From Diadema setosum (Eukaryota), in contig NC_092704.1 of assembly GCF_964275005.1 (NCBI RefSeq), forward strand, positions 31,806,001 to 31,868,000: a DNA stretch of 62,000 bases. The letters are read 5' to 3'. Every line of letters starts with the position of its first letter. Within the stretch, counting starts at the first letter, position 1. The notes under the pieces are model-generated. The model did not search any database and had not been told where the DNA came from. It saw only the letters and a program-made list of their open reading frames with translations. The position numbers and the translations under genes are program-made. Shown here piece after piece: positions 1-13,052 of the stretch.

Positions 1-320
1 GAGTTCGTTGATTTTTGTGTCCAAACGGTGCTCAACTACGAGTGGGGATTCCCCACGGCTCGTGGTTAGAGCGCCAACCATCTCATGGCTCTTAACATCG
101 AGCTAACCCCGAGGTTAGCTAAGTAAGTGCCTCTACACGGTCCCTAACTACGAGCTTAATCTCGAGGTTAAGACTTGTCGTCTGAACGTAACTTTTGAAA
201 TGAATGATACACATTGTTAACAGCTACATCATGATAGACATAATACTTATTGTATAAACACAATATGGATCATGATGTGGATTGTACTACACTAGTACAG
301 ACGAGTAAAAGCAGCTGCTG

Positions 321-1262
321 TCAAATTTCAAATTCAAATTCAAACTTTATTTTCACTCTTTTTCCAACAGAATGTACAAAAAACAATATGATACATTTGG
401 CATGCGAGTCTTTGATAATATACATAGTCAGACAGGGATAACAACATGTTCATGTCTTTATGTTTAGTACAAAAGGAAACATTTATACACTCTGTGAAAA
501 AAAAGTGGAGGTACCCACTCAAAAGACTATGCTTGTAACATGTGGGTACCTCTGAGGGTAAAAGGGGAAAGAGGGGAAGTAAAGGAGGTGAAAAACTTAC
601 AACTTCAAAGAGTGCGGGAAACTGGGAAAGTCGGGAATAAAAAAAAAAGAAAGAAAGAAGAAAATAAAGCAAAAGTGTGAAAATAGGGAACAGAAAATGG
701 GGAGAAGAGGAAGAGAGAGAGAAAGAGAGAGAGAAAACCTAACTTATTTTGATGCATACACCACGGGGCGAATCCCACAGAGACATATAACCACGCGTTT
801 TCGAGAGTGAAACAGTGTTGAGCTGCTTTCCAGCGGAACAGACTGTAACCGTGAGGGCACGTGAGGAATACAAAAATACTAAACGCGGTAAAAAATGGTC
901 GATGCCTCAAGAGAACGCTGCTTATAGTGAAAGAAGATACATTACAGAATTATATCTATTCGGTTGCATTATAAGACTTCAAAAGAAAACTCTTCTATCT
1001 CATTTTAAAAGAATTCAATGACGGTGCATTTTTTATGTCCATGGGAAGGGAGTTCAGGAATCTTGGACCTACATAAATGAAAGTCTGTTGAGCAAGCACG
1101 GTTCTTAGTAAAGGTAAATGAAATTCATTTGACTGTCTGGTTGGATATCCATTATATATCCGGTTGCGCATGAACATGGAGTTAAAAATAGACGGAAGAC
1201 AGTTATTATTATAAGTATACATAAATTGCCCGAATTGAAACAAAAACAAATCTTTAATATAA
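321..1262 (-). mobile_element. 5'-truncated LINE (CR1/L2 group, Crack-like): ORF2 C-terminus, 3' UTR and (TTTGAA)n tail
   Basis: 995-1249 translates to FMY...YPTRQS..FHLP..RT......Y.GPR..NSLP..IK...SL..FK, homologous to the end of the 14141-15001 ORF; AATAAA and a hexamer tail on the minus strand at 321-352. Confidence 0.85.
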
Positions 1263-1625
1263 CTACTTGTACTTCCTTTACGGACATGAAAGTTATGTAA
1301 GTCTACATTGTAAATTTATTTACAACGTTAATGTTTTGCTCAATACTTTGTTTTTACAAGGCAAGCACAATAAAAATAAAGACATACAGTTATCTGGAAA
1401 AATTACGTAAAGTTACCAATAGATAAAGATTGTTTGAACGAGAATAAAAAGTATGTGTGTGTGTGTGTGTGTGTTTTGATTTACTTATTTGTTTAAGTAA
1501 TTTGAACTGGGTTTTGTGACCACGAATTCTTTTAATTATGTACATTGTGCGTATTCATTTTGTGAATAAAATGTGTGACACATTGTAAGAGCCTTTGACT
1601 GTTTCTACAGATGAAATTTATCTAT

Positions 1626-1674
1626 AAACAGCATTTATATAGCGTCATTTAATGACGCTATATAAATGCTGTTT
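1626..1674. repeat. Perfect palindrome, 24-bp arms with a 1-nt spacer
   Basis: aaacagcatttatatagcgtcatt-t-aatgacgctatataaatgctgttt. Confidence 0.95.
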
Positions 1675-1811
1675 CATTATTAACATCATCACCATCATCA
1701 TCATTATCATCATCATCACCATCATTTGTTGTTGATTATGTTGTGATGGAGAAAAAATAACAAAATGAACTGAACTGAACTGAATTAGTATTGCTGAACT
1801 ATTGGTCTTAG

Positions 1812-1913
1812 ATTGCTTGTCGAACCCTTGTCAAAATGGCTGGTGTGAAGAGACTATCAGCGACTACCGCTGTTACTGTGCTGACGGCTTTGCAGGAAGA
1901 AACTGTGAAACCA
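1812..1913 (+). CDS. Gene A EGF-like exon (x)CLSNPCQNGWCEETISDYRCYCADGFAGRNCET
   Basis: ttag|AT...CCA|gtgagt; 102 nt, phase 1-1; 6-Cys EGF spacing; paralogs at 28647 and 45565. Confidence 0.92.
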
Positions 1914-4909
1914 GTGAGTTTGATAATAGAACATACCAGTTTTCCTGCATGCTTGGTCATCATGTACCGCTGCTATCTTCTACTTATTAATAGACTAAAT
2001 GATTTCATCATTTATTTTTGCCTTCTGACTCTAAATTTTAAAAAGACTGTGTCACATCATTAATCACATTCTATAAATAGTTCTAGCATACCTCTTCATA
2101 TTTGTTAATTTTTCTCTGTTATTCTAATATTATCATATTTGTCTTTAAAGCATAATAGCTGCATGAAAGGATATAAAAAGACTGTCTTAAGAATATCCCT
2201 TTAGCTGTAATGAGCCCATCGTGGATGCAGAAACCTGAGGGCATGACTACGACATTGGACCGGGTACACGTCAAATCTCATTTTATTTCGTCATGTGAGT
2301 TCAAGAAACAACCGATACCATCTAGGGATTTATATTGAGCAGACATGTGATAGCACATACCATGCTTTGGCTATTTTTAAAGTTTCCTGAATGCCTTTCT
2401 GCATCACACCTTATCAACATCAGCTACAACAACGTAACGAGTATGAAATATAAAAAGGTAGAAATGTAGGCCAGTCGCCGCGAGTCCTCATTTTGATGTG
2501 TAACGAAACACAATAATTAAGGCTATCTTGATGTCTAATTCAAGCTATCAAATGGAGTTGTGAATAAAGGCTTCTTGATTTGAATATTGACAGTAGAGAA
2601 CTTCTGCTTTGATAAATTCGACAAGTGTTTTCTCTCAAAATGTCTACTATATCTTCTCTGTCATAATATCATCGGTTTAGTAGCATCTCTGTCGTAATCG
2701 ATCTATTATCAAGTTAGATCACAAGTTAAACCATGAAGCTCTTGATGTGTATTTCACAATTTGTGGAAATGCTTTGAGATTACACTATTTCCTCAGGGTT
2801 TGCAAATGAAAGATGAAAAACAAAACAAAAACGATGAGACACAAAAGAACAGTGCGCAGCTCTACATAGCGCAGAACACGTTACGCCACCTTGGTCTAGA
2901 GACAGAGATTAAATTGTCGGAGAAAAGAAAAAAATAAATGGGACAGTTTGTTAGAAATATGTAGCATCACACACTTTTCTTCCATCGTGTACCGAACGTC
3001 TATTTTCCGTATCTGATCTACAGGCTTGCCCGGGATGTCTTCAGTTTCGCCTAACCAGACAGTATCTGATGCTATTGCAAATGCTGAAGCTCTGTCAACA
3101 GGTATGTCGCCATAGCAACCCAATCTAATTCTGCTTTACACTGATGGGTGCACACACATTAATAAGCCAGTTCGTAATGAGCTCATGTGCACGTTGGTAG
3201 AAATGATATCTCTTTTTACTCAGTTGGTTAGGCACTTTACTCATTTTCACAGAAACATAATGCACACGGGAAAGCATGCCCGGGGTAACAATCAATTGAA
3301 TTTATGTTTAAACGAAAAATGATCTTGCATAGCGAGAAGTCTGGCGGGCGACGTATTTTTAGCCTGAATCAGTCTTTGATCGCCAGTCAATAGAAGGCGC
3401 GACGGTGTGGAAGTCAAGTCTCAAAATACGTCTAGTAAGAAACCTCCGAATAGCGGCTATGTACCGGGCGTGGCAAGACAGTTGCCAGTCTTCAATATCG
3501 AAGTTTCATTGGTTGAGCACCAATGTCAATCAAAACACAGTGCAGAGCCCAAAGGAATTCTAGTCTACTATCCTAGGTATAATGCAGATTGTCTTTCAGT
3601 GAAAATATAAATTTCCTGTCTCTTTCACATTATTATAGTATTTTGTCATTCTTTCCATTTCATTTTGAGGTATAACTTCTTACCTCACTTCAATAAGAGA
3701 ATGACAGCAGTCAATGCAACTACATGCATTTGAACAGTCATGAGGGTTCTGCACGTGGAAACTTCTCCCAAATAACTGCCGAATGCAAACCTCTCACTGT
3801 TGTTGTAAAGTGTACGAGATATTCACTGTGATTGTCGGTTTTGAAAGTGTAATTGATGAATTTTTCCCATTGGCAATTTTTTCACTCTGAAATACTCTTT
3901 ATTTTCATATTAAATCTATTAAGATATTTACTAAACATCAATAGTTCTGCCGACAAGATAACAATCTCTATTGCCAAGCACCATCTACATTAAACGGGCA
4001 TTTCGTGGGTGATCACACTGTCATAGGAAAAACCCGTCCGTGGTACATTTCCTGTGAAAGAGGAAAGAGAGAATTTGATTTGAATTGAAATCATACATCT
4101 TGTTTAATTCAAATCTTACACTGTTGCCGTCTACCTTGTCATGATAAATGAATAACAGTAGGCCTACATGCTTCCAAATGTGAGTGACAATAATTCTATA
4201 ACGGTGATAGGAAATACCACATGTAACTCTCCTGTACGAACGGATCTACAAGCAGTGGAATCCCCGGTAAAGTTCTGCAGTGAAGTGGTAAAAAGTGGTT
4301 AACGTCGATAAAAAAGTGCAAAAATATATCGTTGAAAGATCTCATAGATCTTCATACATTCTATCTCTTTGAAGCGTCTGTCTACAATGAAAATCATTTA
4401 CCAATGTGAGACACATCATGTACAGAATCGTCGATCCATTTTCACGTTGGGGGGGGGGGGGGGAGCAAAACTCAAGTGTTGGAATTTCTGTGCGAGGGAT
4501 CGAGGCGACCGGGGGGGGTGGGGGGGGGGGGGTAGGGGGTAGGGAGAGGTTGTGGGAGGAGGCATATCTTCCTCTCACAACAGGGAGATCTTGCATTTTC
4601 AGACCTGGAATTCAGCGATGTGGTGAACACTTTTGATGATTTTTGTATTTCTTTTTTTTATCGAAAAAGTAAGAAACCTGATTTCGGGAATTATTTGGGG
4701 ATAAAACGATAAGTTTGCTCTCCCTTGTCCTCCGGGATTGATGCCCCTGCATTATAGTGAGTTTTACATTTTTGGAATTCAAAAATATCTCGTAAACATT
4801 ATTTTGATGGAACTTGGAAAGCTGTCGGGAATTGTCAGGGGCAAAATGATGTGTACCATAATTTCAAGGGGGGGGGGGGCAACTGCTCCTCTGCCCCTGG
4901 GACTCATTT

Positions 4910-4950
<41 letters not shown>

Positions 4951-6232
4951 TGTGTGAGGGCTGATTATTGATTGGAGAGGCAAAGGTGTGCATGCTGAGC
5001 ATCTTATTTTTCTTTACCAAGGTTATCATCCCTTCTTCTTTTTAATATTCATTGATATTGTAGCGTAGCCGGGGAGCGGTCCAAGAGCCTTAATTATTGT
5101 GTCTACATGTATAATGTGTTCTATGTGTAGCAGCACATCATTTGATCAGCACCTTATTCAGATAGCTCGCACACAGTCATACTCCACGTCTCTATACGGG
5201 CATTAGGACTCACTAGGCGCATTAGAAACCAGGCATTCTCCCAATCAACCATACAGCAACCCATTCACAGGGTCTAGTACCAAAGATTACCAGTTGCAAG
5301 AAGGAGGCTGGTGTGGAAACGACAGTCCGAAATACGGTTCAGTGCAGCATTGCTATATTGTACTTCCTGCTGTTACAACCGATGGTTTTCTCTCTGCTAA
5401 GCTCTGTGTGGTTCCCCATTAATTCTAAAGTTTATTACCAAAAACGAGAGAGTGCTGTGGACCCGCACTTACCCCCCAACCCAACTGAAAACTTGTGCAG
5501 TGAGCTCGCGGTATTTATACCCTCTCGAGCCAGGGTCACGTGACTTATCCTTTCTTATTAACCCATCATGTATCAACATGGATTGGAGTACTATACTACC
5601 CTACTTCTATGACTTAATATTTTCTGAGCCCTTTTCCCTAGGGCTTCTGGCCTTTTTCCCTACTTTGGACATCATTAACCTTGGTTTCTGTACAGGGTGT
5701 ATCACAAAACTATAGGGTGTTCCAAAACCTTCTATACAATTTCTCCATTGGAAATGCACGGGGGCAAACTCTATGGGATTTTTACACATGTTCAGAAATT
5801 AAGGGCATGAGCCGCATATTTTAAAGGTGCCCTATCGCATTTTCGCCACAATATCATATTTGTTTGTTTTTTACTTGATCATGTTGAAATTGATTATTGG
5901 CCTGTTAATAATTATTATTTCATTAAATAGGTGCAGTTCAGACATTGGTTGTCTGCTACTATGATTCGGAGGACATCGGGTGTCCCAACGAGACGAGCCA
6001 TGTTCTCTGGGCAAATTACGGACGCCTTGCAGACGACAGCCTCATCTGCCCGTTTGGACACCCCCACAATAATGACGTGAATTGCAGGCTTGCGTCATCC
6101 ATCGCTAAGGTCCAAGAGCAGTGTGAAGGTAAAGCAGCCTGCACTTTGGCACCGCATGAGATGTTCACGATTGATCCGTGTGTTTGGACGTACAAATACC
6201 TTCATATTTTATACTATTGCCAAGTCGTTTAA
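1812..6232 (+). CDS. Gene A (5'-partial): EGF + short linker + SUEL/rhamnose-binding lectin protein; join(1812-1913,3024-3101,5931-6232)
   Basis: Three AG/GT-bounded phase-1 exons splice in frame to the TAA at 6230-6232. Each exon has a counterpart in gene C. The signal and 4-Cys exons are expected upstream of the window. Confidence 0.85.
3024..3101 (+). CDS. Gene A short linker exon SLPGMSSVSPNQTVSDAIANAEALST
   Basis: ctacag|GC...ACAG|gtatgt; 78 nt, phase 1-1. The paralog at 46745-46828 keeps both splice sites and differs by two 3-nt indels plus substitutions. Confidence 0.8.
5059..5706 (-). mobile_element. Possible solo-LTR remnant in gene A intron
   Basis: The minus strand starts TGTGATAC and has TATAAATA (about 5512-5519) then AATAAA (about 5433-5438), with candidate ...ACA ends at 5371 or 5059. 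No TSD found. Confidence 0.35.
5931..6232 (+). CDS. Gene A terminal exon: SUEL/Gal_Lectin (rhamnose-binding lectin) domain
   Basis: aaatag|GT acceptor, phase 1; ANYGR and DPCxxTYKYL motifs; 8 Cys. Confidence 0.92.
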
Positions 6233-7742
6233 TCGCACTGATCAATGGAGTGATGTGGAATCATTGAAGTCATGTATTAAATGAAAGATTTCTTCGCCTT
6301 TCTTTAGGTCGGTCTCTTTCCCAGTCACCGTTGAGAACTATTGCATATATCAGATTCACTAATCAAGATCTTGAATAAGGCAATCAATTTCTTGGAAGGA
6401 GAGTCTAATAGAGCTTTTATCTTTACTGTTAAAAAGGTTTTATTTTTACTGCTATTCTTCGTAGTTAAGAGCGTAACATGCTGGATATGTGTTATCATAC
6501 CAAGTGAAAAAGAAAGCTTGTTCCTTCTTATACACTATTTCATTTGTGTTCATGATAATACGGATTGAGCACACAATCAAGTAACAGTTGAAAAGGGAAA
6601 CATCCGTCAATCAGCACTTATTTTTATGATGAATTATACTATCTTCAGATATTATACATCTGTACCTATCACTCTCTCTCTCTCCTTTAAGTTCCTGATT
6701 ACTAAACACTGTTTGTATAGATCTGTAATATAATGCTGACATGTCCAGTTTCTTATATTGATAACTGCTTGTAGTGCATTAACCGAATTCAGGTAAAGAG
6801 TGACAATTGTCAATTTATGTGTTGAACTGAACAGATTGCTATGGGTGAAGGAAACAAAATAAGATCCGTATTTCTGCATTCATAAATACATAGTCTATTC
6901 CCTGTGGTAATCAGTAATAATAAGATGTCTTATTCATTTTCCATTGCAGTTTAATTTCACTCCAGCTGAAATTACCCTGAGGGTATGATACATACCCTGA
7001 TCAGAGCAAAAAGCACATACGAATTCAATTCATGTCTGGCAGACAAAATCTAATAGGATTGCAAATTTTACAATTGCTATTCATTACGAGTAGATATTGC
7101 ACTACTCTAAAATAATGATAACTCAAAGCTATGATAAAATCAAATACTTTGAAATCCAACATTCTTGTTAAAGGTTAGTGTTTATTTTTGTTTCTACAGC
7201 AAAAGAAAATGAATTTTTATCAAAACTATCAACTCCAGTGAGTCAGTCATCATTGCATTGTACAAAAAACTATTAGAAAGGGTTTTCCTAAGTTATCTAG
7301 GTTGTTACTTGCTCGCGCGTGTCTATTCATTTTGTATATTTGGACATTTGTATATGCCAGGACATTCAAGTAGAATGACTTGCGTGTAGGCCCAATGACA
7401 GGAGAAAATCAGTTTCGTATATTCATATTGTACATCTAAACTCTCAAGTGGAATGTAGAGCAACGAGTAAAATTTCAAATGATATAGGAAAAATGACCCA
7501 AAAAAAAGGGTGTGTGGGCGTGTGTATGTGTATATGTATGTATGCAAAAAATAAGATATTGGCCCAGTGTAAGGAGTATGCACATGACGCGATTATACAA
7601 TACAGACAATGATAACTTTACAAAGCATGCTGAGTAGTTTTGTCTCCCCTATCTCTTTTTAATTTATGTTTTGTCAGTCATTGCTGAAATACATAGTAGG
7701 CTATTATATTCAAGTTATAACACTGTGGTACGATACAATGCA

Positions 7743-8103
7743 AGTGTAGAGAATGCATTTGCGTTTGTGACAAGTTTTTTTTTTTTTGATTGATTGTATT
7801 ATTAATTTCTAAATATGCTTAATGTATCAGAGCAATGGTTGATTACTATACAATAATGCAATCAAATAAAAAAAAAACGTGATTGAAAAAGCAAGAAGAG
7901 AATCAGTTGGCATTGTTATGTGTAGTGTAGAGAATGCATTTGCGTTTGTGACAAGTTTTTTTTTTTTGATTGATTGTATTATTAATTTCTAAATATGCTT
8001 AATGTATCAGAGCAAAGGTTGATTACTATACAATAATGCAATCAAATAAAAAAAAAACGTGATTGAAAAAGCAAGAAGAGAATCAGTTGGCATTGTTATG
8101 TGT
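7743..8103. repeat. Direct tandem duplication, 181 + 180 bp
   Basis: The copies differ by one T in a homopolymer and one substitution. Confidence 0.95.
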
Positions 8104-10148
8104 AAGGCTGATGTTTTCATTAGTGCCTATGTACATCCATTAGGATATATGTATTGAATAAAAGTACTTTGTTGTGTTGAATACGGTTCTTGTCTCTTGA
8201 GGAGATCGGTGGGTTCGAACCCTGCAAGGTGCATAAGTATTGGCAGACCCCGAAAGTTTAACCATCATTTTCCAAATATACAAGGTGTAATGGGTACCTT
8301 TATCTTTTCGTAAAAGATTCTCCTCCACCGAAATATTGAATTCAGTTATTTTCCTTTTTAATCGCATATATCTTTGGTGAAAGAATTTGATCGATCATCG
8401 GTAAAGTCGTAAAAAAAATGATAATCTGCTTTTTTATCTATTTCTGTTATGGATTACACTTCTCGCTTTTCCTTAACAAAGTATTTTGACACATCGCATT
8501 ATCCTAATATCTGTCACTAATCCGTTTAGTGCCGTTTATTTTGGTCAATGGTTATTCTGTGGACAAAATTCTTCGGTTCGGGTTTATTTATGCATTAAAT
8601 TCTTAATACAGTATAACACAATTTAAGAAAGTGTCGATGATTATAGCTGTATGAATTACTTCTGTGCATCAATGCGCATTATGTGGTTGAATAGAATTGA
8701 AAGTACACTGTACACTGTGTATATAATCAAATAGTCAAATTGAACGTAAACTACAACAGAGCAAACGCTGCGAACGTAGTTTTGAAAGAAAATGATTGAA
8801 ATACTGGGGATCATCTTCACAAGCGGATAGTTTTTCTTTTGGCTTTTGGTTTTAAATGCAATGCCACTCCTTCTGTTGTTCATCTGATTTTGATTGATAG
8901 ATTATCAATCAAACAGAATGCTTAAGAGCTCATTCAAACCTGAGTAAGATAAGAAAGTGAGGGAATATTGAAAGTTTCGGATGTTTTCACTGAACAGTGA
9001 CACTGATTATAGTAATTATGTATCAAAGTTATATAAGTTGTTAATATCACCACCTTACAACTCTCCTATTGGTGTGCACACAAAACTACTAGTAAAGAGT
9101 AAACGATTTGATAAATTAAGAACTGTTCATCATAAGAACCATTTTTGCTCAGTTGTAAGGATAATGATTTTTGTAAGACATGGTGGTTTTTTTTTTGCAT
9201 TTGTTAAATATTTTTATTTAAAAAAGGAATATTCAAATGAAAGTTTCTGTGAAGATGAGTTGATGACTTGTGAGGCAATAGTATAGTCGTTATACTATTA
9301 AAGTGAGTTCGTCAAACAGTAACATTTTAGTGTATAACTTCTGTTACCTTGTCTTGTCATACGGTATCATTAATTAATGGAGTTTTGTTGAATTAATTTG
9401 CAAAAAACTGAGGAATTATTCACCTCTCCTGAAATCTTAAGAGAAAGCGAACAAGCACACAAATTAAGGGCAACACAGAAGTGGACATTGAATATGAACT
9501 TACTATACAATGTCAACGCCTTTATATCTCGTTTCACACACACAAAAAAGTCTCCCAATGCTCAAACACCTACATCTATCGCTATCCATTTAGTGTATGT
9601 CTTTGCTCAACCATTATGTATATAGCACACTGACTTTTCCATTGCATCAATGTGTGTAATCTATGATTGTATGATACACGAATGTTTTAGAAAGACATTA
9701 CAAGAGAACTATTTTAGCTTGCAATTAAAATTGGTAAAATTGAGAAAGCCACTATCAAGTAATATCTAACAGTAGATGCTCATGCAGACTGTTGTTCTTA
9801 AGCTGTTCGTTATAAGGTTGTCGTGTAGTAACAGATTTAGTATCGAATGATTTGGGTTGTTTCCCGGTCGAGTTAAACTGAAAAAAAAAATAATGAGAAG
9901 ACGTTATGGAGAAATAAACGTAGCAACTACTATCCTGTTCTAAGCAACTATTGATCGCATCATTTTGTTTGATTTATCAATTGTGTCTATGTATTCACTT
10001 GTACTGTACATGACAAATCAACGTGTCCAATGAGTCCGGATGGTCTTCTGCAAAACTGTTTACATACATTTCGTTTAATACAATTTGACTCATTCATGTA
10101 ATATGACCGCAAATCAATGCGAACTGCAATGTAGGCATGTACATTATA

Positions 10149-10216
<68 letters not shown>

Positions 10217-11017
10217 GTGTGTATGTGTGAGTACATATGTAGGAACAAGGAGGTTTAAGAGTTGGAGTTCCAACTGGCTGTAATTATTCAAAGAGTTGTC
10301 AGATTTCTATTGATGTACAAAAGAATTTCACAGGTGCATTTGTACCTTTGATGATCGATGTTCGAAGCCGCCGTCTTGCTGAGCAATCTGAAGATTCATT
10401 CTGAACGTTGACATGATCTTGGCCATATTTTGCTTATTTTTTTATTACATGAAATGAAATTTCACTTTAATAATGTAAAGCATGTAAAACAAAAAATCCC
10501 GTACAGAAATTTGTGCAAAAGTGTAAATCAGCTAGAGCTTTATCATGTGAAAATGTGTAAAACTGTATCATCCTGGAAAGCCGGTTTTATCACTTTTCCG
10601 CTTAATTCCGACAAATAAAACTAACCTGGAATAATCTTCAAATGTAATTCTTTATTGATAGATATATCAGATTAGTGCCGGGGTATGCCCAGTCGAGTAA
10701 TTTTCATCTTTATTTCACCATTTTTTTGCGCAATTTCTATTCGCACATCCTCGTGTCTGTACCACCTACCTTGTATAAGAAGGGATAGCGAAATGTAATT
10801 ACCATCACAAAGACATATCTTCCTAAGAAAGTGGCTGGTGATTATGCAATGAGACACGAGTCAATTGTATTCCTATCTGCGTGGCAGATCCTGTTTTGCA
10901 CATGCTTTAAATATTTTTGAGCGGCGGCATCGAACATCTAGCAAAGGAAATAAGACAGTTGTGACTCCATTCTCTTGAATCTCCTTGTGTGTATGTATAA
11001 ATGTATTTGTATGTAGG

Positions 11018-11083
<66 letters not shown>

Positions 11084-11086
<3 letters not shown>

Positions 11087-11470
11087 GGGTGTCCCCCATA
11101 AAAGCGGAACGGTCAATTTTCAGTACCTTGCGTTTTAAGAATGATATACATATATTTTTTAACATCATTAGAAAGAGCATCATCGGCAGAAGACAAATAA
11201 ACAAAAATCATTAAATTTGGTGCAGAATTTTTTATTCTACGTCCAATTCTGCCAATGCAGTCATTTTCGCTGGATTTGTGCGACGTGTGAGGGAAGAATT
11301 TGGGTGCGATACGCGTTCCATACGGTGTATTGTTTAAGCCCTTTGATCCATGTCAACAAAAGATACAGCTTTCACATTGGGCACACACACACACACACAC
11401 ACACACACTGTTATTTTCCTGGCCCGCGCCCAATGTGAAAGCTGTATGTTTTCTTGACATGGATTAAAGG
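11084..11470. mobile_element. Tc1/mariner-like MITE end next to (TA)n, containing a 43-bp inverted repeat
   Basis: TA|CGGGTGTCCCC start; arms 11340-11382 and 11428-11470 pair with 3 mismatches around a (CA)n loop. Confidence 0.5.
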
Positions 11471-12599
11471 GGATGGCTAGTAAAAGTGATAAGTGGGAGT
11501 CAGTGGGAATGCTGGGGGATGGTTGTTCTAATCCTTGTGGGATTCATTTGAGAGTACATTTTATATCTATTGTTGTGTGAAAAATATTTGCTTCAGAATG
11601 GTCTCATATTCAAGTAATTAAATGTGCAGTTTAATGTTTCCAGGTTAGCATGCCTGTACAGTGACGGGGCGATCGTTAACGGGCCTTTAACGATCGTCCA
11701 TACATTTCTGAAATATGTGATGCTCCTATGTCATCATCTTTGTTCATTGGAATTTGTTTTGGGCTTTTTAGAGTATTGATTTCTCTGCTCAAGGACCACA
11801 GTAAATTCCACAAATACATTAATGGAGCAGTTAATTTACGTGTTCCATAAAATTATGAAAATCGTCTGGAATGCCCTTTTAAACAAAGTGGCCCTAATAA
11901 ACGGTGGGCACACGTTAGGGATACCTCAGCCATTTCACAACCAATTTTCATCCAATAAACTTTGAGCTGCTCTTGAAATTGTTTTTTTTTTCATATTGAT
12001 AAGAGGTTTCTCATAATCTCACCAAAAAGTTGGAAACATAAAGTCCCATCTCATTCAAAACTATACAATCTCTTTGAATTATGACTAACAACAGTTGATA
12101 TGCTCTGACAGTGCTCTGATAGTAGATGTTCTACACACACAATAACTCCATGAGATGAAAAGAAAGGCATGATATAAAGTCAATTCAATTCAATTAATTC
12201 AATTAAATTCATTTTCTTTTTCCAACAAAACATAACACGAAATAAATCACGAATTGCATTATAAACAGAAACATTCGCCTTTGCGTAAGATACCGATAAA
12301 CATAAGAATGCAGACTGGCATAAAATACAAAGAAATGTTTCAGTCGAAAAAAAAAAAAGAATTGAGAGGTCCACTGAAAAGCAAGCTTGTATATTATGAA
12401 TTATTTATTTACAAACAGTTGTCACAAATATGATTTACAATGGGAAGGGACAAAACGGGAGAAACACAACAACATGACAAACATAAATACAATGGTTGAT
12501 TTATATTTGAATATGTGCGTGTGTGTGTGTGTATGTCTGTGTGTATGTCTGTGTCTGTATATATGCATTTGGGGGGAGGGTGGCGAGGGAGGAATGCAT

Positions 12600-13052
12600 T
12601 TTTGATGAAATCAGAAATGGAAGGCTTCTCTTTTTCCCCATCACAGTGAAGCTATGATCTTGAGCTCTTTCCGGCGAAATTAATAAATAATGATACTTTT
12701 CGCTGATAGAAGTATCCTTCGTCTTTGCCATTGTCAATAGTGATAGGGGTTTTAGGCTAATTAACAACCTATTGTCGATGGATTAAAATCCTCATCAGCA
12801 GACTGTGATAGATTGACTCGCTCTCACACTTTATTTGCCTGCTGAATCACGGAAAATTGGCATGATCACAGAGTTTCTCTGTTTTGTGGAACAAAACGAC
12901 ACAAAAGAAATTCGTTATTGAAAACAAAAATATTGGTGACTTCAAAAGGACGCTTATTAGAGTGAACACGAAAGTACACAGCCACTGCCCTTTTCCGAGA
13001 TTCAAGAAGTTTGTGAAGGACTCGCTAATTGGGGCGCTGTGTCATGGTAAGC
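12600..13052 (+). promoter_or_regulatory. Conserved promoter/exon-1 block, copy 1, ending ATG|gtaagc (ATG 13044-13046)
   Basis: Aligns by eye with 17690-18022 and 54800-55288 (shared gcgaaattaat...atacttttcgc and tattgtcgatgga...cctcatcagca). Confidence 0.6.

Noticed and set aside
4406..4971. G-run-rich region with Gly/Pro ORFs and G-quadruplex potential
   Set aside because: It looks like a low-complexity interspersed repeat in an intron and is not conserved in gene C.
7200..7237. 38-nt segment with a good acceptor (tttctacag) and donor (gtgagt)
   Set aside because: It lies after the gene A stop, is not a multiple of 3, has no paralog in B or C, and has no partner exon.
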